Assembly: GCA_965198115.1 (NCBI GenBank) | Contig: OZ240241.1 | Coordinates: forward strand, 544,001 to 608,000 | Source: Candidatus Latescibacterota bacterium | GTDB taxonomy: Bacteria > Latescibacterota > UBA2968 | Length of the DNA stretch: 64,000 bases | Direction of reading: 5' to 3' | Shown here: piece after piece, positions 52,962 through 63,245 of the stretch | How the letters are laid out: the number at the start of each line of letters is the position of its first letter | How positions within the stretch are numbered: position 1 is the first letter of the stretch | Made by a program: the position numbers and the translations under genes | Notes under the pieces: generated by a model | Told to the model about the DNA's origin: nothing | What the model saw: the letters and a program-made list of their open reading frames with translations, nothing else | Database searches by the model: none

Positions 52962-53467
52962 GGTGCTTGTTGGATAGGAAAGACGAATAGGAGGGTAAAG
53001 CTGGGATTAGCCGGGGCTGGCGGTGATGGCCTCGGTGGACTTCCCGACAAAAGTCGACTGGCGTCGACCTTCACGCGGTCTTGCAGTTGCAGGGACCTGC
53101 GATCGATTTTAGTGTCGTCTAGTCGGAAGAGTCCGGCCGGGAGAGGCCGTAGGTCACGCAGAGAATGAGTCCGACGATGAAGACAATGAGCCCTGTTTCG
53201 CCGCCCATAAGGTCACCAATCACTTTCGGGGGAGACTTTCATACTATAGGACATTCCGGATTGCGAATGGGTTCCCACTGTTCTAGTCATCGACCGTATC
53301 GCCTTGTTCTTGACAGGAATGACGCGGGCCCGGACCCTCTGTAGGCGAGAGGTCAGAGTTCGGAGGTCAATAGAGACAGTGACCGACCGAAACGCGTAGA
53401 CGGCGTCGAAGAACTCGTCTCACAGTGCCTGAATGGGTGCTGCACGAGATCAAAGCAGGAGGTGCCC

Positions 53468-54745
53468 GTGGCAGAGAGCAGCTTGGCCGTTCAAGGTGGC
53501 CCGCCGGCAATTACCATTGCTGAACCCGAGGACTGGCAGATGTTCGACACGGCCTAGGCGACAGCCGTCGCTGCGATGGCGGGCGATGCGGAACTTTCGG
53601 GCAGCGGGACGGGTGTGACGAAGGCGTTCGAGCAGGCATTCGCGGCGTATGTGGGACGAACGTATGCCCTGTCGCAGATGAACGGGACGTCGACGCTTTG
53701 GGGGGCTTACTTCGCGACGGGTGTGGGGCCGGGTGACGAAGTGATCCACCCGACGTACAGCTGGATCGGGGCGGTGATGCCGGCCGTGTTCCTGGGAGCG
53801 CGCCCTGTGTTCTGCGACATCGATCCGGCGACGTTGACGGCCGATCCCGTCGATATCGAGCGGCGAATCACGAATCGAACCCGGGCCATCAGCGTCGTCC
53901 ACCTATGGGGCAATCCCGTGGATATGGACGCGATGCTCGAGATTTCGGAGAAGTACGGGATTCCGGTGATCGAGGATTGTTCCCACGCGCACGGGGCCGA
54001 ATGGGAGGGCAAGAAGGTCGGTGCCGTCGGCGACATCGGGTGTTTTTCGCTCGGGGGGGAAGGGGAGGCCGCGATAGGCGTGGGTGAGGGCGGGATGATC
54101 GTCACGGATAACCGTGAGTATTACGAACGCGCGCTGATCTGCGGTCATCTCAATCGGCGAGAGGTGGTCGAAGAGCTCACGCGACCCGAGTATCGCGCGC
54201 TGGACAAGACGTGTCTGGGAATCAAGTTCCGGTCGCACGCTCTGGCAATGGGACTTGGACAGGAGCAGCTACACAAAGTGGACGAGGTGAATACGAAACG
54301 TCGTCAGGTTCTGGCCGAGCTGTACCAGATCGTGGAGGAAATCCCAGGCCTCGCACCTCTATCCGTGCACGACAAGGCGACCCCGGGTGGGTTCTTCGGG
54401 TATCGGGTGCTCTACGATTCGGATGAGTTGGGCGGGCTTCCGGTGGAGGCGTATGTGGCAGCATTACAGGCAGAAGGGATGCCGATCGCGCCCTGCGGTT
54501 TTCCCTTGTTGCATCGGTTGCCCCTCTTCAGCGATGGGTTTGACATCTACGGAGGCGATCGGGGTCCCCTGGCGTCGGACTATGCAGGATACGCCGAGGG
54601 TGATCTTCCTCAGGCCGAGGAGGTACATCCTCGCGTGCTTGCCTTGCCGGCGCTCACGGATCCGAAGACTGGGGTGTTGGACGAATACAGGGAAGCGTTG
54701 AGGAAAGTGGCTGCGAATGCTGCTTCGCTCTTGGAGAAGGTTTGA
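53468..54745 (+). pseudogene. DegT/DnrJ/EryC1/StrS aminotransferase-like gene with in-frame TAG at codon 30 and no visible catalytic Lys
   Basis: GGAGG RBS + GTG 53468, TAG 53555-53557 in frame with ORF 53576; NGTSTL, VHLWG, IEDCSHAHGA, CFSLGGEGEAAIGVGEGG. Confidence 0.75.
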
Positions 54746-54773
54746 ACCACCAAGACGCTAGTTAGAAGTTTAA

Positions 54774-56193
54774 GGCTATATCCGGATCTCTCAACGAGAT
54801 GAAGTGGGTGAAGGTGCCGTGGTTCCTGGCATGGGGGCGCGGTTAGCGTGTGCGGAACCTCTTCGGAATCTGCTCAGGGATGTTTAGGTCTCCGACGGTA
54901 AGGAAGATCATATCGTTGAATGCGTCGAGTGTGCGGAATCCGCTGGCTCGGTTCTTGACGATTTGGACGATTCGGTTGAGGCCTTCGGCGATGGCGTTGG
55001 TAAGACGCGTGTTCACGAATGCGAGGACGCCGAAGAAGTGCTGTCGCAGGGTCCTGACGAACTTTCGCAGGGGTTCAAGTCGACTTCTGAGTGCGGACGT
55101 CGTCCAGCATTTCAGGAAGCGTTCGGCAGCCCAGGGCGCTTTGTATTCCCAGAACTGCTCGAACTCGTCCTTGAGTCTCCAGGCTCTATAGATTCGGTAG
55201 TTCGCCTTCTCCAGTGCTTTGAGTGTCCGAGTATCCCCTCTGGAGCGTGTCGCTGAGTGCCGGTAGAGGAGCCATCGGAGGCCCTTCATGGCTTTGCGCT
55301 CATCCGGGGCAGCTTTACGCCACTGGTCCTTACGGACCTCGTCAACGGCGGCATTGAGAGCCTTGACGATGTGAAAGCGATCGAGGACCAGCTTGGCATT
55401 CGGACAGTGTTCCTGGATGGCTCCGATGTAAGCTTCGCTCATGTCGCAGCAGGCCCACTCGATCTTGGATCTCTGGTAGGGACTGAGAGCCTCTGTGAAG
55501 AACCGATCGATCGTTTTACGCGCCCTGCCGCGGCCAACCCACACCACGCAGGAGCGGTCCAGATCGTAAACGAGCGTGGCGTACCTGTGACGCTTGGCGT
55601 AGGAGATCTCGTCGATCCCGATGGTTTTGAGCCCTCGGATACGATGACCTTCACGAAGCCGCGTGATGGATCGGTGAAGGAGATCCGACAGCGTCGAGGC
55701 AGAGATGCGCAGCAACTCGGACGCCGCCTTCTGCGTCATGGTCTGGCAGTAGCGCAGCATGGCATACTCGAAGCGATACGTCACCCGAGAGAACCGCTCC
55801 GCCCACGGAATCTCCTCGACCACACGACCGTGGGTAGGACACCGAATCTCCCGAGGATGGTAGAGAAGCCAGACCCTCCACCCGCACACCGGAATGTCAC
55901 GCCACCGACGCGGATGGGGCATTGTGCGGACGATTTTACCTCGACGGCCGCACTCCGGACAACAACAACCATTCTTATGGGGCTTTACGGCGATGACGAA
56001 ACAGCTTCTCCCCTCAAACCACCAGCTGACAACACGGAACCCCTTGAATCTCAGCAGTTTCGATAGTAATCTGCTCCCGGTCATAGGTCGCACCCCCTTC
56101 GCTTTGATTGTCCTACACACACAACCAAGCGTAGGGAACGATCTATGACCTTGTCATTCTATAGTTTCACCGTTGAGAAACCCGGATAGAGCC
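54774..56193 (-). mobile_element. ISL3-family insertion sequence, copy 2 (1420 bp)
   Basis: Same IRs as copy 1; 8-bp TSD AAGTTTAA on both sides. Confidence 0.95.
54843..56084 (-). CDS. ISL3-family transposase
   Basis: Near-identical to 20534-21775 (two visible amino-acid differences). Confidence 0.93.
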   Translation of the reverse strand: MTGSRLLSKLLRFKGFRVVSWWFEGRSCFVIAVKPHKNGCCCPECGRRGKIVRTMPHPRRWRDIPVCGWRVWLLYHPREIRCPTHGRVVEEIPWAERFSRVTYRFEYAMLRYCQTMTQKAASELLRISASTLSDLLHRSITRLREGHRIRGLKTIGIDEISYAKRHRYATLVYDLDRSCVVWVGRGRARKTIDRFFTEALSPYQRSKIEWACCDMSEAYIGAIQEHCPNAKLVLDRFHIVKALNAAVDEVRKDQWRKAAPDERKAMKGLRWLLYRHSATRSRGDTRTLKALEKANYRIYRAWRLKDEFEQFWEYKAPWAAERFLKCWTTSALRSRLEPLRKFVRTLRQHFFGVLAFVNTRLTNAIAEGLNRIVQIVKNRASGFRTLDAFNDMIFLTVGDLNIPEQIPKRFRTR

Positions 56194-56216
56194 AAGTTTA
56201 AAGGGGGTTGAAGCGG

Positions 56217-56252
56217 AGGTTATTGTTCGGGTAGACACCCGAACAATAACCT
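56217..56252. repeat. perfect 16-bp inverted repeat
   Basis: AGGTTATTGTTCGGGT-AGAC-ACCCGAACAATAACCT. Confidence 0.85.
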
Positions 56253-56262
56253 GAGGTTCTCA

Positions 56263-56647
56263 CTAGAGCCCTCGTCGACCAGCATCTTCTTGATCACCTT
56301 CGCCTGTTGCGAATCGGTATCCTCCAGCACCAGACATTCGCCTTCGTAGAGATTGATCAGGAGCGGGGGCTCGACGCCGGAAAACCAGTAAGAATGTTCC
56401 GAAGCGCGGGCTCGACGATCAGATGGTCCGTGGCGAGCTCGGGCAGCTGTTCGGCCACGCCCTGAGCGAGCGATGCCCCCGTCGAGACATAGACATCCAG
56501 CGCATCCGCAATGGACCCGATGCGATCGACTGCCGTCTGGAGCATCGATCGATCGCCCACGAGCGCGTGAAACTGCTTGGGCTTCTGCCTTCGACTGAAA
56601 GGCCAGAGCCGCGTTCCGACGCCACCGGCGCGAATCACGAATTTCAT
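56263..56647 (-). pseudogene. mannose-1-phosphate guanylyltransferase remnant (internal deletion)
   Basis: MKFVIRAGGVGTRLWPFSR..KPKQF...VEPALRN then breaks; possible C-terminal tail ..DSQQAKVIKKMLVDEGL-stop in another frame. Confidence 0.75.
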
Positions 56648-56814
56648 CCTTGCTCCTTCTCTGTCGACCCTATCGATCGCGGTTATCCCCGCGAGAGGAG
56701 AAGATCCGAAAGGACACGTCCCATGTCAAAAAGTGATGGTTCTCGGAGCCCAAAACAGAAGAGCCGCTCCTCGAAAAGAGCGGCTCACGAACACGATCCG
56801 GCGGCTTCCTGCGG

Positions 56815-57309
56815 TCAGTCGCCGAGCTTGGGATAGTCAAAGAACTCGAACTGCCCTGCTCCTGGTCCTACGTCGGGCCAGGAATCGAATCGGGCGCTGA
56901 AGATGGCACACGTCGGCAAATTGTCCACTGAGAAGTCCGTCAACGTGTTCGCGAGATCGGTCATGTCCGGATTATGCCCGACCAACATCAATGACGCAAC
57001 TGCTGCGTCGACGGACTGCGCAACCTGAATGATCGCAGAGGCGCCGCCGCCGTAGATCGATTCCACGATCCTCACGTCTCCCTCATACCCCATCGCTTTT
57101 CCGATCTCGCCCGTCGTGCGTCTCGCGCGTTTGGCCGGACTCGTGATGATCAGATCAGGCCGGACGCCGCGTTCCTTGAGTCGACGTCCCATCACAGGGG
57201 CATCCCGCTTTCCCCGCTTGTTGAGCGGGCGATCGATGCCCGCCATGCCGGGGTCCGCCCAACTCGACTTAGCGTGTCTGACAAGATAGAGGTCAACCAA
57301 AACTTCCAT
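56815..57309 (-). CDS. sixA: phosphohistidine phosphatase SixA-like
   Basis: RHAKSSW, DRPLNKRG, SPAKRA, VGHNP. Confidence 0.88.
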   Translation of the reverse strand: MEVLVDLYLVRHAKSSWADPGMAGIDRPLNKRGKRDAPVMGRRLKERGVRPDLIITSPAKRARRTTGEIGKAMGYEGDVRIVESIYGGGASAIIQVAQSVDAAVASLMLVGHNPDMTDLANTLTDFSVDNLPTCAIFSARFDSWPDVGPGAGQFEFFDYPKLGD

Positions 57310-57315
57310 CCTCGG

Positions 57316-58226
57316 CTAAATCATGTATCTGAAGTGCTTAACACACGCTGCCTTTTCATCCGGATCGGGGATGCGCTCGATCAGATTGTGGAAACTGTAG
57401 TTGTATTTGAGCGTGTGCCCGTAATCCCAATCACTCTGCTCGAAGTCCTGGCGCCAGTACCCTTCGTCCAAAGGACTGTCGGGGTTCGCGAGACACACAC
57501 GCCACTTCTTAGGCGGTATGAAGTCCTGACTCTTTCGTAGAATCTTGACCTTGATCTTGAAAGGTGTGACCCCCGCTTCGTAGAGGTCGGAGTAACCCAG
57601 CTCCTCGAGCTCGATGAGCGAGTGGGCGTGGGTGATCAGGTGACCGACCTGCGCTTTGTGGACATCGAGGTCGTAGATTTGCTTGAACTTGAGAAACTCC
57701 GCAAGGGTCAGCGAAACGACGTCATCGACCTCATCGCCCACCGGGAAGTCGTCATCGGGCGTCAGCGTCGTTTCGTGGACGGTCTTCCCTTTGCCACCGA
57801 TATACATTCCGAACCGGACGGCATCGAACGCACGGATGAGTTCGCCCAGTCCCTCCGTCATTGATGAAACCCTCTCCTCAGGCACATCTCGCAAGGCTTT
57901 GATCGCAAGCGCACTGTAGATCGCGTTGTGACCGATGTCGCAAAGCTTGTGGATGTTTCCCCGCAGGGCCTCCACAATGACGTGCTCCGTATCGGCCCGT
58001 GACGGCTCCCCCGTGTGCGGCACGAAATACGCTTCGTGCTTCTGGATCATGCGATCTGCCTGCCCCGAATCGCATTCACCGTTTCCTCGCTGAGGTCGTT
58101 CTCCTTCACAAAGTAGTAGGCCGCAATGAGGGCAGCCCCATAGTGCGCGGGCCACACGCTCTTCATCATAGACCTGCTCATGCAGGTCAGCCCTCTCTCG
58201 AGATAAGCGCGATCGAGCCCCATCAT
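57316..58226 (-). pseudogene. His-motif-rich hypothetical protein, frameshifted near 58065
   Basis: N-part (YLERGL..AHYGAALIAAYYF) and C-part (GHNAIY, GHLITHAH, GHTLKY) join at a C4 run. Confidence 0.6.
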
Positions 58227-58262
58227 CTGGTCACTGTCACCGGTCACTGGTCATTGGTCACT

Positions 58263-59621
58263 TTAGTGGGCTCGCCGCCCCTCCGGCGCACGCAGCGTAT
58301 TCTCGTGCCGCCGATCGACCGAGGGCGGAACCATCGTCTCGATCACCTCATTCGGGCCGCTCAGCCTCTTCACGAGCTTGAAGGCGTCATACAGATCGCC
58401 CGTTGCCGTGCGGGCGACGTAATCAAGCGTGTCCCTCCCCACCGTGATGATCTGGAACAGCTGCGTGTTTTCCGCCGCCCTTTCGTACCACTCCTCCTTC
58501 GTCAGCCTGTACATCTTCGGCCCGCTGACGGATACCACATACATCGTCCCTTTCCCCTCCTCCCAGACTGTCTTGCCCCTGGGCAGGTTCGTTCCGCGCC
58601 CATACGTGTGGTCGTGACCCTGGAGAACCAAGTCTACGCCATATGCATCGAAGATCGGCTTCCACAGCGCTCGTAGCTCCTCGTTGTCGCGCGTTCCGGC
58701 TATCGAGAAAATCGGGTGGTGAAAGGTCAGGATGGTCCATCGGTGAGGATTCTCCTGAAGCACGTCTCGCAACCAGTCCACCTGCCTCTCCCTCTGTTCA
58801 CTGGAGTTGAGTGAAATAATCCGGCTACCTTGATAGTCGATGTAGTAGACTGTTTCCTCGAGCCCGGAAGGTCCGTTCTCGGGCAGGGTGAATGTCGGCC
58901 GCCACTGGTTCGACAGCCGCCGTGTCACGCTGTCCACCCTGGCGTACTCGTGATTACCCGGTGTCGGCACGACGGGCGTCGATGCGTGAATGAAGTCTCC
59001 AGCTTCGAACCACTCCGACCAATCGCTGTCCCGGTTCGCACGGTTGATCAGATCGCCAGCGTGAAGGAAGAAATCAGCGTGCGGCGCTTCCTGATAGGCT
59101 GCGCGAATCGTCCTCGACCAGAGCGCCAGCAGGTTGTTCTGAGCGTCCCCGAAGTAAGCGAACGTGAAAGGCGCTGGCCCTATCTTCGCGGTACGGAACT
59201 GAAACCACTCGCTCCAGACGTTGCCGTGACCGACCCGATACGCGTGTAGCGTGTTGGGCGCGAGTTGGTTGAAAGTGACTGAGTGGCTGCTCCATCCATA
59301 GCCGTCCTGCCAGAATCGCTCCGTCGTTGCCAGATGTTTATCGTGCTCGAACACAAAATTCGGCGAGGCATCCGCCACCGCCACCTCGGCTGCGCCGGAA
59401 TCCACAGCCGAAGCAGTCCGCCAGGTGACGGACGCTGATGTCGCTGGGTCGCCCGACCACGTCAGGACGATGCGATCGGGAATCTCCGTCGCGACCGAGT
59501 CGATCGCACCTCGTTTATATGTGTGGTGAGCTCCCGGCGCCTGCTCCAAACCAGGTCCATCGCAGGCCAGTAATCCCGTTCCAATCACTGCATACCAAAT
59601 CATCCTGTGGCGATTCATCAC
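58263..59621 (-). CDS. purple acid phosphatase family metallophosphoesterase, lipoprotein
   Basis: Lipobox LLAC, FN3-like N-domain, GDAQ, HAGDL, PGNHE, FHHP, GHDH. Confidence 0.9.
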   Translation of the reverse strand: MMNRHRMIWYAVIGTGLLACDGPGLEQAPGAHHTYKRGAIDSVATEIPDRIVLTWSGDPATSASVTWRTASAVDSGAAEVAVADASPNFVFEHDKHLATTERFWQDGYGWSSHSVTFNQLAPNTLHAYRVGHGNVWSEWFQFRTAKIGPAPFTFAYFGDAQNNLLALWSRTIRAAYQEAPHADFFLHAGDLINRANRDSDWSEWFEAGDFIHASTPVVPTPGNHEYARVDSVTRRLSNQWRPTFTLPENGPSGLEETVYYIDYQGSRIISLNSSEQRERQVDWLRDVLQENPHRWTILTFHHPIFSIAGTRDNEELRALWKPIFDAYGVDLVLQGHDHTYGRGTNLPRGKTVWEEGKGTMYVVSVSGPKMYRLTKEEWYERAAENTQLFQIITVGRDTLDYVARTATGDLYDAFKLVKRLSGPNEVIETMVPPSVDRRHENTLRAPEGRRAH

Positions 59622-59630
59622 ATCCTCCCG

Positions 59631-60002
59631 TTACGCCCATACGCGGCCGGCAGAGCATCGAGGACCTCGAAGCACGCTTGGGTTTTCTTGGTGCCAACCT
59701 AACGAGTCGAAGATCCCGAGTTCCTTGAGGATCTCGAATGTCGCAAGCTCCCTCTTCTCGATCTCGACCCGTATCCTGAGCCGTAGCAAAGCTTCTGCCT
59801 CCTCCGCATCGATCAGATCCTCGAAAGCAGCCCTCTGCAAGTACTCCAAGCGGATCAGGATCTTGGCGATCACATCCTTCGCCGGCTCGCGACCAGGCAT
59901 AAGGAGTCCGTGCTCGTTGAGGGCCCTGATGTCGTTGTACACGACCGATCTGTCTACGTCCAGAGACGCCGCGATGTGTGCAGGTCCAACTCCCCCGGCC
60001 AA
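59631..60002 (-). CDS. HTH-containing hypothetical protein (start uncertain)
   Basis: PAHIAASLDVDRSVVYNDIRAL HTH-like segment followed by helices. Confidence 0.5.
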   Translation of the reverse strand: MAGGVGPAHIAASLDVDRSVVYNDIRALNEHGLLMPGREPAKDVIAKILIRLEYLQRAAFEDLIDAEEAEALLRLRIRVEIEKRELATFEILKELGIFDSLGWHQENPSVLRGPRCSAGRVWA

Positions 60003-60448
60003 CTGTGCGGCGACCGAAATCCCTGACTCTCACAGTGTCGTCCGAATGATCTGCTGTGCGAGGCTTGCCGTTCTGCCTTACTACTCGCAGTCACCGTCCT
60101 CCGGAGCACTTATCTCTGAAGGTTGTTACTGAATTCGGGGAGCCCCTTTGCTACGGCGCCGTCTCTAGTCGGCGTCCTTGTATTGTCGGCCCTTCAACAT
60201 AATAAATATACTGATATTCCGATCACCTCAAAGCAGCTATCTCCTCTCACGAGTTCTTCCCTCAGCAGGAGACAAAATAACTTTGCCATCTGCTCCACCT
60301 TGCTTATCCAGTCCTGATGCCAGCTGCATGAATCGCATAATTCACTGCACGACAATTAGTTATGAAGAAATAGGACGACTGGTAACGGCAATCGGAGTGT
60401 GGTCAATAACCCCCCAAGACAAGATGTGTTACGCGTTTTCCAAAAATT

Positions 60449-61327
60449 CTAAACTCGATGTGTTGGGCAGTCATATGCGCACAGCACTCGCCCATCCCGC
60501 AGCCGCAACAAGTGCGCCGGATATCCCCAGAACTCACACTGCACCGGGTAGGTCCACGTGATCCCCCCATCATCCGACCACCGCTGCACCAGAAATCCCG
60601 GATCGGGCTCGGTCCTAGAGAGCGCGGTCAGGCGACCCGGGGACACCTCCAAGAACGTGGTTTCGCCGGTGTTGATCCCATCGGCGTGGCTGCCCATTGG
60701 GTGCAGCCTGAACGTCTGGGCGCCATCCGTCGACCTCCACACGTAGGTGGCCGTGCGGCTGTGGTGAATGTCCGGTCCGTAGACCGAGAACAGGAAAGTG
60801 CCGTCGGCCAGTAAGGCCTCTTGGTGGACCTGGTGCACCTGGAAGGAGCGGAAGCCGGGGATGGCCCACTCGCGGCGGGTCCAGGTCTGGCCCCGGTCGG
60901 TGGACCGCTGCACGAACAACCGGTGGCCTCCCACGATGATCAGGTCGTCGTGTAGCTGGTGAGGCCTTACTGTCATTCCCCGAGCTTCGGCTTCGCCCGT
61001 GCGCTCGACTGGCCAGATCTCCCACCCGACGGAGCCCGCACACAAATAGGTGCCATCGGGCATGACGGCAGCGAAGCGGTCGTAGCGCTCGCGCGGATGG
61101 GTGCCCGACCAGTTGTAGGGGATGGTGGGATCGTCGGTCTCGGTCCAGGTGGCACCGTCGTCGCGGGACTCGACGACAACGAACTCGACACGAGGGTCGA
61201 TTGCGTAGTGATCCGAGAAGGGGGAAGCGGGGACGCCAACAGCGAGGCGGCCATCGGGGAAATGGTGGAGTTGAGGGAAGGCCGTGTAGTAGCCATCGCG
61301 CTTGGAGATGATCGAGTGCTGCATCAT
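60449..61327 (-). pseudogene. sialidase/BNR-repeat protein, probably C-terminally truncated
   Basis: Asp-boxes SRDDGATW, STDRGQTW, STDGAQTF, SDDGGITW; ends abruptly at RVLCAY-DCPTHRV next to an AT-rich block. Confidence 0.75.
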
Positions 61328-61770
61328 GGCTCTCTCCTGCTACGCAGGCGGCAGCGACTGTTGCTTCCTACACGTAGAGAAACTCGATTTTAAATCGCCG
61401 ATCTTTTTTGATCGGACTTGAAGTCGGGTTTTCTGCGATCGTCCGCCTACGGGCTTTACAATCCGTTTTCCCATACTTGATCAGTTATTGGCCATCGTGA
61501 GGAGCTGGACAGGATTCTGAGTACCCGACGTCAACTTAAGAACTGTCTCGTGGTTGAGCCGTTCTTCAGGATGAACGTAAGAGTTCAATAGAAGATGCCT
61601 ATCGACTTCTTGCATTCGGAGACAGAAGCACCCTCAGCAGATTCGGTCGCGGGAGTGGCCAGCAGCTGGAGGCAGATTTTCTGGCGGGTATCGGCTTCAC
61701 AACCCTATCCTCTCAAGAAATAGAGTCTCCGGCACGTCCGGGGTGATTCAGAGACATTCGAAGCGCTCGA

Positions 61771-63158
61771 GGTGAGGTCCCTATCCTAGTTGAAACTTAA
61801 AGGGCTCCAAACTTACGTTGTGGGTAGACGTGTGAGAGCGTGTACCCGTAAGAAAGGAGCCCACGATGGAGAAGCTATTTGCAGGGGATGGCGAAGTCAA
61901 GGTTGGGTCAGACGTTATGGATTTGGAGACGCGTTTATCGGTGATCCGGGCGCTGATTCCGCTGGGTCTGGAGGCCGTTGCCGACGTGCTCCAGCAGGAG
62001 GTGGAGCAGCTCGCAGGCGTTCGGTATGCGCGTAAGGGTTCAGAGCAGTCGCATCGTCGATGGGGAAGCCAGAAAGGGTCCGTGTATCTGATGGACCAGA
62101 AGCTGCCGGTGGCCGTTCCCCGTGTGCGCGACGTCGAGTCCGATACGGAGGTTTCTCTGGCCGCATACCGGGGGATGCAGAGGCCCAGAGCGATGGATGA
62201 GAAGCTGCTGCTTCGTGTGCTCAAGGGAATCTCCTGTCGCAACTACAGAGCCTGTGCAGAGTCGGTACCCGAAGCGTTCGGAATCTCGGCATCCTCCGTC
62301 TCGCGACGGTTCATCAAAGCCACCGCAAAGAAGCTGAAGCAGTTCCAGGAACGACCGCTCGACGACTACGACTTGGTCGCCCTGTTCATCGACGGAAAGA
62401 GCTTTGCCGACGAAGAGATCGTGATCGCTCCGGGCGTCACGACGGACGGCCAGAAGATCCCCCTGGGCTTCGTCGAATCGGCGACGGAGAACGAACGGAT
62501 CTGCCGTCAGCTGATCCAGGATCTCATCCGGAGAGGCCTGTGCTACGACCAGGGCCTTCTCGTTGTGCTGGACGGCTCAAAGGGACTCCGCAGTGCCGTC
62601 ACCAAAGCCCTCAAAGGGGATGTGTGCGTGCATCGCTGTCAGTGGCACAAGCGCGAGAACGTCGTCAGCTACCTCCCGGAGGCAGAACGTCCAAGAGTTC
62701 GACGGAAACTTCAGAAAGCCTATGACTGCGACACCTACGAGGAGGCAAAGGCCGCACTCGAATCACTCAAACCCGAACTCAAGCTGATGAATCAGTCTGC
62801 CGTGGCAAGCCTCGAGGAAGGACTGGAGGAAACCCTGACCCTCCACCGGCTGGGGATGCTCCCGTTCTTGAAGCGAAGCTTCCGAACCACCAATTGCATC
62901 GAGGCGCTCAACAGCATGACCGGCAACCTGATACGGAAGGTCAACCGCTGGAACAACTCTCCTCAGCGACACAGATGGGTCGCGGCCGCACTCCTCGACA
63001 TCGAACCACGCCTGCGACGCGTGAGCGGATACAAACACCTCCCGCTGCTCAGGCAAGCACTGAAAAACAACCTGAATCTCGGCGACAATCAAGATGCTCG
63101 GCAGAGAGCATGAATACCACGGAGCCCGATGAGTTTCAACTGACTATGGGACTTGACC
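61771..63158 (+). mobile_element. IS256-family insertion sequence B
   Basis: IRs GGTGAGGTCCCTATCCTAGTTGAAACT / reverse complement GGTCAAGTCCCATAGTCAGTTGAAACT; no matching TSD seen. Confidence 0.85.
61866..63113 (+). CDS. IS256-family transposase
   Basis: LFIDG, VLDGSKGL, HRCQWHKREN, RTTNCIE. Confidence 0.92.
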   Translation: MEKLFAGDGEVKVGSDVMDLETRLSVIRALIPLGLEAVADVLQQEVEQLAGVRYARKGSEQSHRRWGSQKGSVYLMDQKLPVAVPRVRDVESDTEVSLAAYRGMQRPRAMDEKLLLRVLKGISCRNYRACAESVPEAFGISASSVSRRFIKATAKKLKQFQERPLDDYDLVALFIDGKSFADEEIVIAPGVTTDGQKIPLGFVESATENERICRQLIQDLIRRGLCYDQGLLVVLDGSKGLRSAVTKALKGDVCVHRCQWHKRENVVSYLPEAERPRVRRKLQKAYDCDTYEEAKAALESLKPELKLMNQSAVASLEEGLEETLTLHRLGMLPFLKRSFRTTNCIEALNSMTGNLIRKVNRWNNSPQRHRWVAAALLDIEPRLRRVSGYKHLPLLRQALKNNLNLGDNQDARQRA

Positions 63159-63245
63159 GAAGGTAGCTCCATTGGCGAGACTACAGAGAACAGATGACAG
63201 AGGGCAGAGACGACGGCTTCGCCTTCATGAGGATTAACAATGGCT

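Noticed and set aside
20465-56193. 36-kb composite element bounded by the ISL3 direct repeats
   Set aside because: Each copy retains its own flanking duplication, and the interval contains housekeeping-type genes such as lepB and the RelA/SpoT homologue
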